From the NCBI GenBank assembly GCA_036679645.1, contig JAZDCY010000016.1, positions 37,377-101,376 of the forward strand: a stretch of DNA of 64,000 nucleotides, read 5' to 3'. Below the pieces are notes generated by a model. The model was not told the origin of the DNA, did not search any database, and saw only the letters and a program-made list of their open reading frames with translations. Made by a program: the position numbers and the translations under genes. The stretch is from Gemmatimonadota bacterium (GTDB lineage Bacteria; Gemmatimonadota; Gemmatimonadetes; Gemmatimonadales; GWC2-71-9). Each line of letters opens with the position of its first letter. The first letter of the stretch is position 1. This document shows, in pieces, positions 7,335 through 15,494 of this stretch.

Positions 7335-8990
7335 GTGATGCTGATGCCCGCTCGGAGGTTGTCCATGCGCAAGATCGTAGACCTGCTGCGGTTGCAGGCG
7401 GAGGGGCTGAGTGTGCGGCAGGTGGCCGACAGCTTGGGCCTGCCGCGCAGCACCGTGGCCGACTACATGGGCCGGCTGAAGCGGGCCGGGCTGACGTGGC
7501 CGCTGCCGGATGAGGCGGACGAAGCGGAGCTTCTCGAGCGGCTGTTCGGCGCCGAGCGCTCTCGGGCTGGTGAGCGGCCGATGCCGGACTGGGCGACGGT
7601 GCATGCCGAGCGCAAGCGACCGGGTGTGACCCTGCACCTGCTGTGGCTGGAGTACAAGCAGGTCCATCCCGAGGGGTATCAGTACACTCAGTTTTGTGAG
7701 TACTACAAGCGCTGGCGTGCGCGGCTCGATCCCGTTTTACGGCAGGCCTACAAGGCGGGAGAGAAGGTGTTTGTCGACTACGCCGGTCAGACCATGCCCG
7801 TCGTCGACGGCGAGACCGGCGAGGTGCGGCAGGCGCAGATCTTCGTCGGGACCCTAGGAGCGAGCAACTACATCTATGCCGAGGCCACGTGGACGCAGCG
7901 CCTGCCCGATTGGACGGCCGCGCACGTGCGGATGTACGAGGCATTCGGAGGTGTCCCGGCCCTGACGGTGCCCGACAATCTGAAAACAGGCGTACGGCAC
8001 GCCTGCTACTACGAGCCGGATCTCAATCCCACATATCAGGACCTGGCCACGCACTACGGGACGGCGGTGCTGCCGACGCGGGCGGCCAAGCCCCGGGATA
8101 AGGCCAAAGTGGAGACCGGCGTGCAACTGGTGGAGCGCTGGTGCCTGGCCCCACTCAGGAACCACACCTTCTTCAGCCTCGCCGAGTTGAATTGCGAGCT
8201 GCGGACGCATCTCGACACCCTCAACGAGCGACCGTTTCAAAAACTGCCCGGTACCAGACGGCAGCTCCTCGAGACGCTGGAGCGGCCGGCCTTGAAACCC
8301 TTGCCGCCGACGCCCTTCGAATACGCCGAGTGGAAGAAGGCCCGCGTCAACATCGACTACCACGTCCAGGTCGATAGCCATCTCTACAGCGTCCCCTACA
8401 TGCTCGTGCGTCAGGAAGTGGACGTGCGCCTCACGGCGAAGACGGTAGAGGTGTTGCACCGCGGCAAACGCGTCGCGGCCCACCGGCGTAGTCATCGTCC
8501 GGGCCGCTTCACTACCGAGCCGGGCCACCGTCCCAAATCCCACCAGCGGCATCTCGAGTGGACGCCATCGCGGCTGATACGCTGGGGAGCCACGCTGGGG
8601 CAGCACACCGGCGAACTCGTTGCACACATCCTCGAGAGCAGACCCCATCCCGAGCAGGGATACCGCGCCTGCCTCGGCCTCCTCAGTCTCGCGCGCAAGT
8701 ACGGCCCGGAGCGAGTCGAAGCCGCGTGCACGCGCGCCCTGCGCACTCGGGCAACGACCTATCGATCCGTGAAATCGATCCTCGAACATGCACTCGATCG
8801 TCTGCCGTCCGAGGAGGAGCAGATCACCCTGTCGCTTCCCGCCGACCACGCCCATGTGCGCGGGTCGACCTATTACGCCACGCTCACTACAGCAAACCAT
8901 CGACCGCATGCACGAACTGCGATTGACGGGCATGGCCCAAGCCCTCGACGAACAACGGGGCCAACCCGATCTGCACGACCTCGCCTTTGA
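7335..8990 (+). CDS. istA: IS21 transposase IstA
   Basis: HTH start, GEKVFVDYAG, VPDNLKTGV, PRDKAKVETGV (DDE). Start may be 7338 or 7365; the C-terminus reads past the usual stop position. Confidence 0.93.
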   Translation: MMLMPARRLSMRKIVDLLRLQAEGLSVRQVADSLGLPRSTVADYMGRLKRAGLTWPLPDEADEAELLERLFGAERSRAGERPMPDWATVHAERKRPGVTLHLLWLEYKQVHPEGYQYTQFCEYYKRWRARLDPVLRQAYKAGEKVFVDYAGQTMPVVDGETGEVRQAQIFVGTLGASNYIYAEATWTQRLPDWTAAHVRMYEAFGGVPALTVPDNLKTGVRHACYYEPDLNPTYQDLATHYGTAVLPTRAAKPRDKAKVETGVQLVERWCLAPLRNHTFFSLAELNCELRTHLDTLNERPFQKLPGTRRQLLETLERPALKPLPPTPFEYAEWKKARVNIDYHVQVDSHLYSVPYMLVRQEVDVRLTAKTVEVLHRGKRVAAHRRSHRPGRFTTEPGHRPKSHQRHLEWTPSRLIRWGATLGQHTGELVAHILESRPHPEQGYRACLGLLSLARKYGPERVEAACTRALRTRATTYRSVKSILEHALDRLPSEEEQITLSLPADHAHVRGSTYYATLTTANHRPHARTAIDGHGPSPRRTTGPTRSARPRL

Positions 8991-9654
8991 GGACCGGCTC
9001 GCCCTGCTCGTGGAACGCGAAGCCACCGCCCGGGCCGATCGCAGATTGACCCGGCTGCTGCAGCTCGCAAAGCTGCGTCTCCAGGCGAGCGTCGAAGAAC
9101 TCGACTTCAAGACCCCTCGTGGACTCGATCGCTCGGTCATGTTACGGCTCGCTGGCTGCGACTGGATCCGCCAGCATCAGGTCGCCCTGCTCATCGGAGC
9201 CACGGGCACGGGCAAGACCTTCATCTCCTGTGCCCTCGGCCACAGTGCCTGTCGACAGGGACTGCGGGTGCGCTACGTCCGGCTGCCTCGTCTCTTGCAC
9301 GACCTGGCGCTCGCCCAGGCCGACGGCTCCTACGGCAAACTCTTGACCGCCTTAGCGAAGACAGAACTCTTAATAATCGACGACTGGGGCCTGGCACCGC
9401 TCGGTGATCGCGAACGCCGTGACGTGCTCGAAGTCATCGAAGATCGCTACGGCCGCCGGGCCACGATCGTGACCAGCCAGCTCCCCGTCGAGCACTGGCA
9501 CGAACTCATAGGGGACCCCACCTTTGGGGACGCGATCCTCGACCGCCTCGTGCACGGTGCACATCGGATCACGCTGAAAGGCCGGTCGATGCGCCGCAAG
9601 GAAACGACCAAGAAGGAAACGAAGAAGAAACCGACAACGAAAGAAGGAAACTAG
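8908..9654 (+). CDS. istB: IS21 AAA+ helper ATPase IstB
   Basis: GATGTGKT (Walker A), LLIIDDWG (Walker B), TSQLP, AILDRLVH. The first in-frame ATG after the istA overlap is 8908. Confidence 0.93.
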   Translation: MHELRLTGMAQALDEQRGQPDLHDLAFEDRLALLVEREATARADRRLTRLLQLAKLRLQASVEELDFKTPRGLDRSVMLRLAGCDWIRQHQVALLIGATGTGKTFISCALGHSACRQGLRVRYVRLPRLLHDLALAQADGSYGKLLTALAKTELLIIDDWGLAPLGDRERRDVLEVIEDRYGRRATIVTSQLPVEHWHELIGDPTFGDAILDRLVHGAHRITLKGRSMRRKETTKKETKKKPTTKEGN

Positions 9655-9677
9655 GCCAGCACCCACACCTCGGTGTC

Positions 9678-9772
9678 GGTGTCCGACATCAGCCGAACGG
9701 ACTGTCCGACTTCAACCGAACCAGGTGTCCGACATCAACCGAACTGGGTGTCCGGATGCACCGAAATCCGCA
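9678..9772 (-). repeat. IS21 right-end subterminal repeats
   Basis: GGTGTCCG at 9678, 9724 and 9747, plus a degenerate copy near 9701 (23-bp spacing), inverted relative to the left-end units. Confidence 0.85.
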
Positions 9773-9999
9773 CTCTGCCGAAGTACCGCCTGATTAGCCT
9801 CGTCCAGTTTGCCGAGGTCGTGGTACAGCGCCGCCGCATCGACCCAGCCAATGAAGGCTTCCTGGTCACCGGCGTAAAACGCGACGGCGCGCTGAGCATT
9901 ACCCACCGTATCGCGACGGACATTGGTGACGTGCGCGACGTACGTCTGTGCCGACACGCCATCCCGCCGGCTATGTGCTAGAGGCGGATCGCTCGACAT
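9773..9999 (-). pseudogene. cas3: cas3, 5' part (proximal HD nuclease motifs)
   Basis: MSSDPPLAHS...YVAHV...AALYHDLGKLDEANQAVLRQS, then the IS right end. Confidence 0.92.
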
Positions 10000-10009
10000 C
10001 GCCGCTGCC

Positions 10010-11017
10010 TTACAGGAGCTGGCTGCACCACTCCGGCAGTTCGACACACAGGTCATACAGCTTGGCGTTCCTCAGGACGCCGTGGAAGTCATTCGGCAGC
10101 GCCCTGGGCACATCGTACTGATCGGTGAGTGGAACTTGGTCCGTTGACGGCGGCATTCTCTCGTCGTCCCTGGGTTCCCACTTCCGTTTCGGGGTGAGCT
10201 TCTCGATGAATTCGAATTCCGAGAATGAGCCGAGGCTGTATTCGCTGCCTGGCTCGTTCTCGTGCTCGGCGTACCAAGCATGGCGAACGTCAACCATGCC
10301 ACGTGGCGCGGACCGAGTATGCGGGTACGCGTAGCGGATCAGGCCCAACATGAGCGCGATGTCTTTCGCAGTACAGCCACTGTTCCTGGCGGCCGTCGGG
10401 TTGACAAAGAAGGGCATGCAGTAGACACCGTGCTCGACGATTCGACTTGCCAGCGGCGCCATGCCGCGATCCTTCGACTCCTGAGCGCTAGCCTTCTTTG
10501 TGAGGGTGTCCCGAAGCACTCGCACCGGAGCGGCCGATACGCCGATCGGAAAATGCGCGACGCCAGTGCGGATGTACTTGCGGTCACCAGCGGTGCTGCG
10601 CCTCCCGCCCTCAGGTGCGTCCTCGCCCTTCTCAAGAAAGGTGGCTCCGAAGGTGCGAGCGTCCCAGTACTTGTTCGCCACCTTGTTGGGGTCCTCATCG
10701 ATGAGTTCAACGACTCTCTTCCAGGCTTCGGCGGCTTCCTTGACGTCAGCGAAGCCGCGCTCACGGGATTCGAGAATGGAGAACTCATCGTCATTCAACC
10801 GAAACTGACTCTTCAAGTGCTGCCAGACGTCGCCATCCTTCTGCTCTACCAGATCCCGCATCTTGCGCTTGAAAGACACCCCCGTGATGTATCCACGTCC
10901 GTCGTGATTTCGCTGGCGCGGGTCGCTCTCGCGATCCGGGTCGCCGTTGGGGTTCGAATTCCGCACCTCGATAACCAGCAGGCCGGTGGCTCGGGCAATA
11001 CCGTGCTTCGCGTTCAT
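10010..11017 (-). CDS. cas7: Cas7 (Csd2/I-C family, divergent)
   Basis: EVRNSNPNGDPD, ITGVSFKRKMRD, YWDARTFG. Confidence 0.93.
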   Translation of the reverse strand: MNAKHGIARATGLLVIEVRNSNPNGDPDRESDPRQRNHDGRGYITGVSFKRKMRDLVEQKDGDVWQHLKSQFRLNDDEFSILESRERGFADVKEAAEAWKRVVELIDEDPNKVANKYWDARTFGATFLEKGEDAPEGGRRSTAGDRKYIRTGVAHFPIGVSAAPVRVLRDTLTKKASAQESKDRGMAPLASRIVEHGVYCMPFFVNPTAARNSGCTAKDIALMLGLIRYAYPHTRSAPRGMVDVRHAWYAEHENEPGSEYSLGSFSEFEFIEKLTPKRKWEPRDDERMPPSTDQVPLTDQYDVPRALPNDFHGVLRNAKLYDLCVELPEWCSQLL

Positions 11018-11436
11018 TGCGTACTGTCCTTCCCGTTTTGGCCATGTTTCTCATCCGGCGGTGAGGCGAGGAACCCGAGAAGGAGCTGGGCCTTCGCTAC
11101 GTCGTCTACCTCGATCGGCAGGTCGGCGGCGCCGAGTGTGGCCGCGAGCGGCTGGTACTGCCGCAGCTTCTTCCTAGCCTCATTGACGGCGATCCGTTGC
11201 TGCTCCCTTTCCTCGCCCTGTGGCGTCTGGGCCGTCTTCGCCCACCGCACGTACTCCATCATTCGTTCGCCGAGGTCGGCAACCGCGGCCGCGGGGTTGT
11301 CCAGGGCTCGGCGCATCAGGGACGTGCCGATCAGGGAATTGGGCAACTGGCCCTTGCGAACAACGGTGCAGTAGTCCTTGTGCAGTGTGTCGGCCAGCGC
11401 CAGGACCTGGCCAACCTGGTACGGCGCATTCTTCAT
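11014..11436 (-). CDS. cas11: Internally translated small subunit Cas11c (140 aa)
   Basis: AAAGGAG SD 6 nt before an in-frame ATG (MKNAPYQVGQ) in the cas8c 3' part. Internal Cas11 translation is established for I-C systems. Confidence 0.75.
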   Translation of the reverse strand: MKNAPYQVGQVLALADTLHKDYCTVVRKGQLPNSLIGTSLMRRALDNPAAAVADLGERMMEYVRWAKTAQTPQGEEREQQRIAVNEARKKLRQYQPLAATLGAADLPIEVDDVAKAQLLLGFLASPPDEKHGQNGKDSTQ

Positions 11437-13227
11437 GTACTGCTCCTTTCGATGGCCGAGGGCGTCGAGCAGGATCGCGGAAACGGCTACCGCCCGCAGT
11501 GCTACCTCGTCTGAGAACCGTGCGTAGTCAGGTCGTGCTCTGTGCTTCTTCTGAGCCCTCAGGGGTCCGTAGGCGTGCTGGGCGCCGAAGACGCCGATCA
11601 ACAGCGGCGTGAGACGCCGGACAAGCATCCTCAGCATCGACCGCGCTGCTGGCTCCCCCTTGCCCTCTGTTCCAAGCATCACGTCGAGCACCTCGCCGAG
11701 CCCCGGCCCGACGACCGCCGCCGACTCGCTGCCACCACGCGCCCACTGATGCGACAGCAGCCGCACCACTTGGTCCGGATACGGTGGGAACGGCTGACCC
11801 TCGCCTGCCTCCAGTTTCTTCCCGTTTCGCGTCTCTTCAGGCAACCACAGCCGCACCTGCGGGGCATTTCGCTTCACCGCCTCAACCCACTTCTGAGCCG
11901 CGTCCAGCACTTGCTGAACGGTTGGTGATTCGGCTAAGACGACCTGAGCTTGTCCCTTTGACATCTCCCTGATCACGAATAGCTGAAGGCGTGACTTCGG
12001 GTGTTGCCTCGCAACCCCCTTCAACGCTCGGACCAGAGCGGCGGCATCGACTTCGAATCGTTGTTCGTCCACACCCATTCCGCCACCGATGTATCGTGCG
12101 GTGTTGGCGTCAAGAGCAGGAGAGTCTTCGACGTAGGCGATAAGTACGTCCGGCTTCTCGACCTGCTGGCCCCCTGCCGATTCGAACCGGCTGCTCCCGA
12201 CGAACTCCCAGGTCTGGCCTTGGCGAGAATCAGCGGTGATGAACTCGAGTGCTTCCTTCAAACAGTCAGCGCGGGCCTTGGCAATGGTGCAGCGAGCTGC
12301 GCTGAACATCGAGGAAAGCGGAAAGCGCTTTCGTCCGATCTTTTGCTTCCTCATGGAATAGACAGGAAGGTCGATCTTTGGAAGCGTTTCCCGCTCGAGG
12401 GCGGCCGCTTCACCAGTGAGCGCATCGATACCAACCGTCGCGCTGTCCTTCTGGGTGTGCGAGTGCTTCCACGTTGGCTCGCGTGGCAGATGCTCCCTCA
12501 GCAAGTTGCCAATCCTCTCGCTGTAGAGAGGATGACTGAACAGATTGGGGTCGCTCACGTCAAATGCCAGTTGGACGGTCATCGTTGGGCGGCGGCCGTT
12601 TTCATCGGGCGGGCCTTTTCCTACGAGCAGCTGTTCGACCTGGTCGATGGCGGAGAGCGTTCCTTGCTTGAGCCCTGCAAGGGCGACCTCGCCGATGCTG
12701 GAAAGTAGCGTGTCGGGTTGCTGCGCCGCGATCACAAAGCGTTTGCCAAGTGCTGCAACGACCTGGCCCTGGTCGTTCATCTGTTGAGCGCACTTCACCA
12801 GTTCGTTGGCCTTGCGGTCTCGGAGTCGGACCCACAGGTCCTGCGTCCTTTTGGACCAGAGACACACGGATCCCTTCTGTGACGCTTCCTCCAGAGTCGT
12901 GACACGCCGAGCATCATCCAGAGTTCTACGCCGTCTCTGATGCTTGTCGAAGCCAAGCTCTTGCCAGACATCGGCAGAGACCTCCGAGAGTGGCTGCTGC
13001 ACGCGAACGACGGGAAAGCTGTTCTGGTTACCTTCCATCACAGTCCACGACGGCCAGTCCTCGTGCGTTACTTCTTCAATCGCCACTACTTTGCCTTGAC
13101 TGTTCAGCCTGACGCGCAGGCATGGCGCTGAGCGACCGGGTTCTGGAACGCGCCTATGCTTCCGTTCTAGCCGAAGCGAGGGTGTTCTTTCCAGCGCCTG
13201 CCAGAGCCGCCATGTCTCATTGAGCAC
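11014..13227 (-). CDS. cas8c: Cas8c-like large subunit (divergent)
   Basis: 737 aa between cas5 and cas7, MLNE start, C-terminal NAPYQVGQVLALADTLHKDYC helical region. Call rests partly on position. Confidence 0.8.
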   Translation of the reverse strand: MLNETWRLWQALERTPSLRLERKHRRVPEPGRSAPCLRVRLNSQGKVVAIEEVTHEDWPSWTVMEGNQNSFPVVRVQQPLSEVSADVWQELGFDKHQRRRRTLDDARRVTTLEEASQKGSVCLWSKRTQDLWVRLRDRKANELVKCAQQMNDQGQVVAALGKRFVIAAQQPDTLLSSIGEVALAGLKQGTLSAIDQVEQLLVGKGPPDENGRRPTMTVQLAFDVSDPNLFSHPLYSERIGNLLREHLPREPTWKHSHTQKDSATVGIDALTGEAAALERETLPKIDLPVYSMRKQKIGRKRFPLSSMFSAARCTIAKARADCLKEALEFITADSRQGQTWEFVGSSRFESAGGQQVEKPDVLIAYVEDSPALDANTARYIGGGMGVDEQRFEVDAAALVRALKGVARQHPKSRLQLFVIREMSKGQAQVVLAESPTVQQVLDAAQKWVEAVKRNAPQVRLWLPEETRNGKKLEAGEGQPFPPYPDQVVRLLSHQWARGGSESAAVVGPGLGEVLDVMLGTEGKGEPAARSMLRMLVRRLTPLLIGVFGAQHAYGPLRAQKKHRARPDYARFSDEVALRAVAVSAILLDALGHRKEQYMKNAPYQVGQVLALADTLHKDYCTVVRKGQLPNSLIGTSLMRRALDNPAAAVADLGERMMEYVRWAKTAQTPQGEEREQQRIAVNEARKKLRQYQPLAATLGAADLPIEVDDVAKAQLLLGFLASPPDEKHGQNGKDSTQ

Positions 13228-13900
13228 GGTGTACCTCCGGCGGCGTCGGGTGCTCGTAGGACATCACCCCGTTGACGATGCTCCAGTTCTGCTTAAAGGC
13301 GGGGTTCAGTTGACGGCGCTCCCACATCGAATGCAACAGAGATGGTATGATGTCGTTGATGCTCGCCTCCGGTGCGGTGCCTTCGCGGAACGTGCCGAAG
13401 TAAGTGGGGACGAACTCCTTCCATCCCAGACAAGGCGTGTAGAACGTCTGTCCGTGTGTCAAACGCTTCTCAAAAAGTCGCTTCAGCTCTGGTGCCCAGT
13501 CCTTTCCACGGCGGCGCCTCAACTGGGGACGGTCCTTTCCAACGGTGCTGCGCTTGACGCGCATCACACCATAGATGCGGTAGCAGACGTCCACGAGAAT
13601 AGTCGCGTTGAGCTGGTAATTGTTGTTCCTCCTGATTTGGTCCTGCTTACGAAGGGGGCCACCGTAGTTGGTCACGTAGCGCTCGTATCTGATCGGGCAG
13701 CAGATTTCTACACGGGTCGGGTGGATGTACGCGTGGGGCCGCCAAACCACTGCGTCAAACATTCCCCTGGCCGCCGAATACGTGGGCACTGGATACGAAA
13801 TCGGCGTTGCCCCGGTATCGGGCCGCGTGAACATTGCCGCCGGGCCAGCGACCTCAAGTTGGACTACGTATTGAGTGTCGCTCCGGGACGGGTTCGGCAC
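13217..13900 (-). CDS. cas5: Cas5 (I-C-like, divergent)
   Basis: LEVAGPAAMFTRPD, SYPVPTYSAARGMF, ILVDVCYRI, PCLGWKEF; AGGAG SD before GTG 13900. Confidence 0.92.
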   Translation of the reverse strand: MPNPSRSDTQYVVQLEVAGPAAMFTRPDTGATPISYPVPTYSAARGMFDAVVWRPHAYIHPTRVEICCPIRYERYVTNYGGPLRKQDQIRRNNNYQLNATILVDVCYRIYGVMRVKRSTVGKDRPQLRRRRGKDWAPELKRLFEKRLTHGQTFYTPCLGWKEFVPTYFGTFREGTAPEASINDIIPSLLHSMWERRQLNPAFKQNWSIVNGVMSYEHPTPPEVHRAQ

Positions 13901-14143
13901 AGTGTCTCCTCGCTCCCTCCGAGACGGTGTAGCTCTCTTACGGTACCATCACTCCTGTCTCCTGGCGGAGTCGAGTACGCCACCCCGCGGATCGCCTTTC
14001 CGGCCCGTCCTGCGCCCGCACAGGGTCGCGTGCCCACGCCGCCTCCGTATTGACATTCCGCACGTCCCTCCTACCGCTACCTGCCTCCCACCCACTCACG
14101 CCTGGAGTCGTATCATGCATCGCTCTGCTACCGCCTCGCGGCC

Positions 14144-14497
14144 TCAGGTCTCTTCAGTGGGCTCCGACAACAGCGCGCCCGTCCGCTCGACCAGGCCGGG
14201 GAGTTCATCGCTGATGACCTGCCAGACAATCTCGTGGTCCAGCATGTCGTATCCGTGAACCAGGATGTTACGAAAGGCCACGATGCGGTCTACCTCACCG
14301 GCCCGCGCTGCGATCTCGGGAGTCATTCGATGTAGCCGGTTCATCGCTTCGCCGATGATCTGGAGGTTGCGCTCCACCGCCTGACGCACCAGCCGGTTCT
14401 CCAGATACTCGGCCAGCGACGACTGCGCCGTGGCCTCGAGGACAAACGAGCCGGCGTCGCGGACGTCTTCCAAGAGCTTCAGCGCCTCAGGCTGCAT
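14144..14497 (-). CDS. HepT-like RNase toxin (DUF86/HEPN)
   Basis: AVERNLQIIGEA and the Rx4H motif FRNILVHGY; start MQPE overlaps the MNT stop by 11 nt. Confidence 0.9.
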   Translation of the reverse strand: MQPEALKLLEDVRDAGSFVLEATAQSSLAEYLENRLVRQAVERNLQIIGEAMNRLHRMTPEIAARAGEVDRIVAFRNILVHGYDMLDHEIVWQVISDELPGLVERTGALLSEPTEET

Positions 14498-14795
14498 ACA
14501 ACTCCTGGCGGCTCCGCTCGACTGCCGCAATGAAGTACGGGTTTCTCAACGACCGGCGCGTGAGGAGATCGACGTCCCGGGCAAGAAGTTCCCGGAGCCC
14601 GTCCCAGAGACCGAAGTATTGATCCGCCAGCGTCATCTCCCCGGTATGCTGGAACTCCACCAGGAGATCCAGATCACTGTGGTCGGGGTCGAACGCGCCA
14701 GTGGTCGCCGAGCCGAATACGTCGAGCCGAGAAACGTGGTAGCTGCGGCAGAGCTGCTGGATGGCCGCCTGGTTCTGCTCAAGCAATGATATCAT
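14487..14795 (-). CDS. MNT antitoxin (MntA-like)
   Basis: LDVFGSATTGAFDPDHSDLDLLVEF, DVDLLT, LRNPYF. Confidence 0.9.
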   Translation of the reverse strand: MISLLEQNQAAIQQLCRSYHVSRLDVFGSATTGAFDPDHSDLDLLVEFQHTGEMTLADQYFGLWDGLRELLARDVDLLTRRSLRNPYFIAAVERSRQELYAA

Positions 14796-15182
14796 CTGCT
14801 CTTGCCTCGCAGCTGTGGGACACCCGCCCCGAGCGGACCCGAAGAGACACCGAAGCGCCGACCTTGGCAAGGTGTCTCATTCCGCCCCCTACGCGAGTTG
14901 GCAACACCGTCACGAGCGTGCCAATACGGCGCTGCATCCAAGGCGCTCTCCCTAATTTCCCCTCCCGCCGCTCCCGCCCCACCACGCCCCGCGCCCTCCG
15001 CCGCTCGGTGTCCTCCAGGGATTCGTAGGCGTAGTTGTTGAGAAAGCTCTCCAACAGCTCGAGCTCCACCCGTGCACGTCGCGCAACTGCCGGATGGTCG
15101 GATCCGCGATCGTCGCTGTAGCGCCGGCGCGCCGTCTACCAACTGCCATCGGGATCTCCCTCCGTCGTTTCCGCCGACCTAA

Positions 15183-15415
15183 CATCCCTCGACGGTCATC
15201 ATTCCACTCACCACCAATCCGACAGACGATGCGGAGCCTCTCCGCGTGCGTGCCCCCCCGGCGGACGATTGCGCGGGGACCCCGATCTGCTGATCGACCA
15301 GCTCCGAGCCATCGACAACCGCCGCCGGATACGAGGCCCGCTCACCCGCCTCGACGGCGCCCTCATGCGGCGTGTCGGATTGGCCATCCGTGAGGTCGTC
15401 GATCTGGTCGAGTAG
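15183..15415 (+). pseudogene. MazF/PemK-family toxin remnant (frameshifted, 5'-truncated)
   Basis: Frame A from 15183 reads HPSTVIIPLTTNPTDDAEPLRVR. After a shift at the C7 run (15253-15259) the frame reads GGRLRGDPDLLIDQLRAIDNRRRIRGPLTRL...AIREVVDLVE*. In-frame TAA at 15180. Not in the ORF track. Confidence 0.75.
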
Positions 15416-15494
15416 CGCCCGTTGCCGATGCAGCGACGGACCGCCAGCCCAACTCCACACAAGATCACCCCCCCTGTGACACTCCACCCGCGAA

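Larger units (their letters stand above)
7128..9772 (+). mobile_element. IS21-family insertion sequence (2645 bp)
   Basis: TG...CA ends with inverted TGCGGATTTCGG; 6-bp target duplication CTCTGC at 7122-7127 and 9773-9778; encodes istA and istB. Confidence 0.96.

Noticed and set aside
10951-10962. tRNA T-loop-like GGTTCGAATTCC
   Set aside because: It lies in the conserved cas7 RNSNPN coding motif on the opposite strand, with no cloverleaf around it.
12270-12320. Possible short in-frame deletion in cas8c (SMFSAARC-TIAKAR)
   Set aside because: Only an impression from family recollection; it cannot be supported without an alignment.
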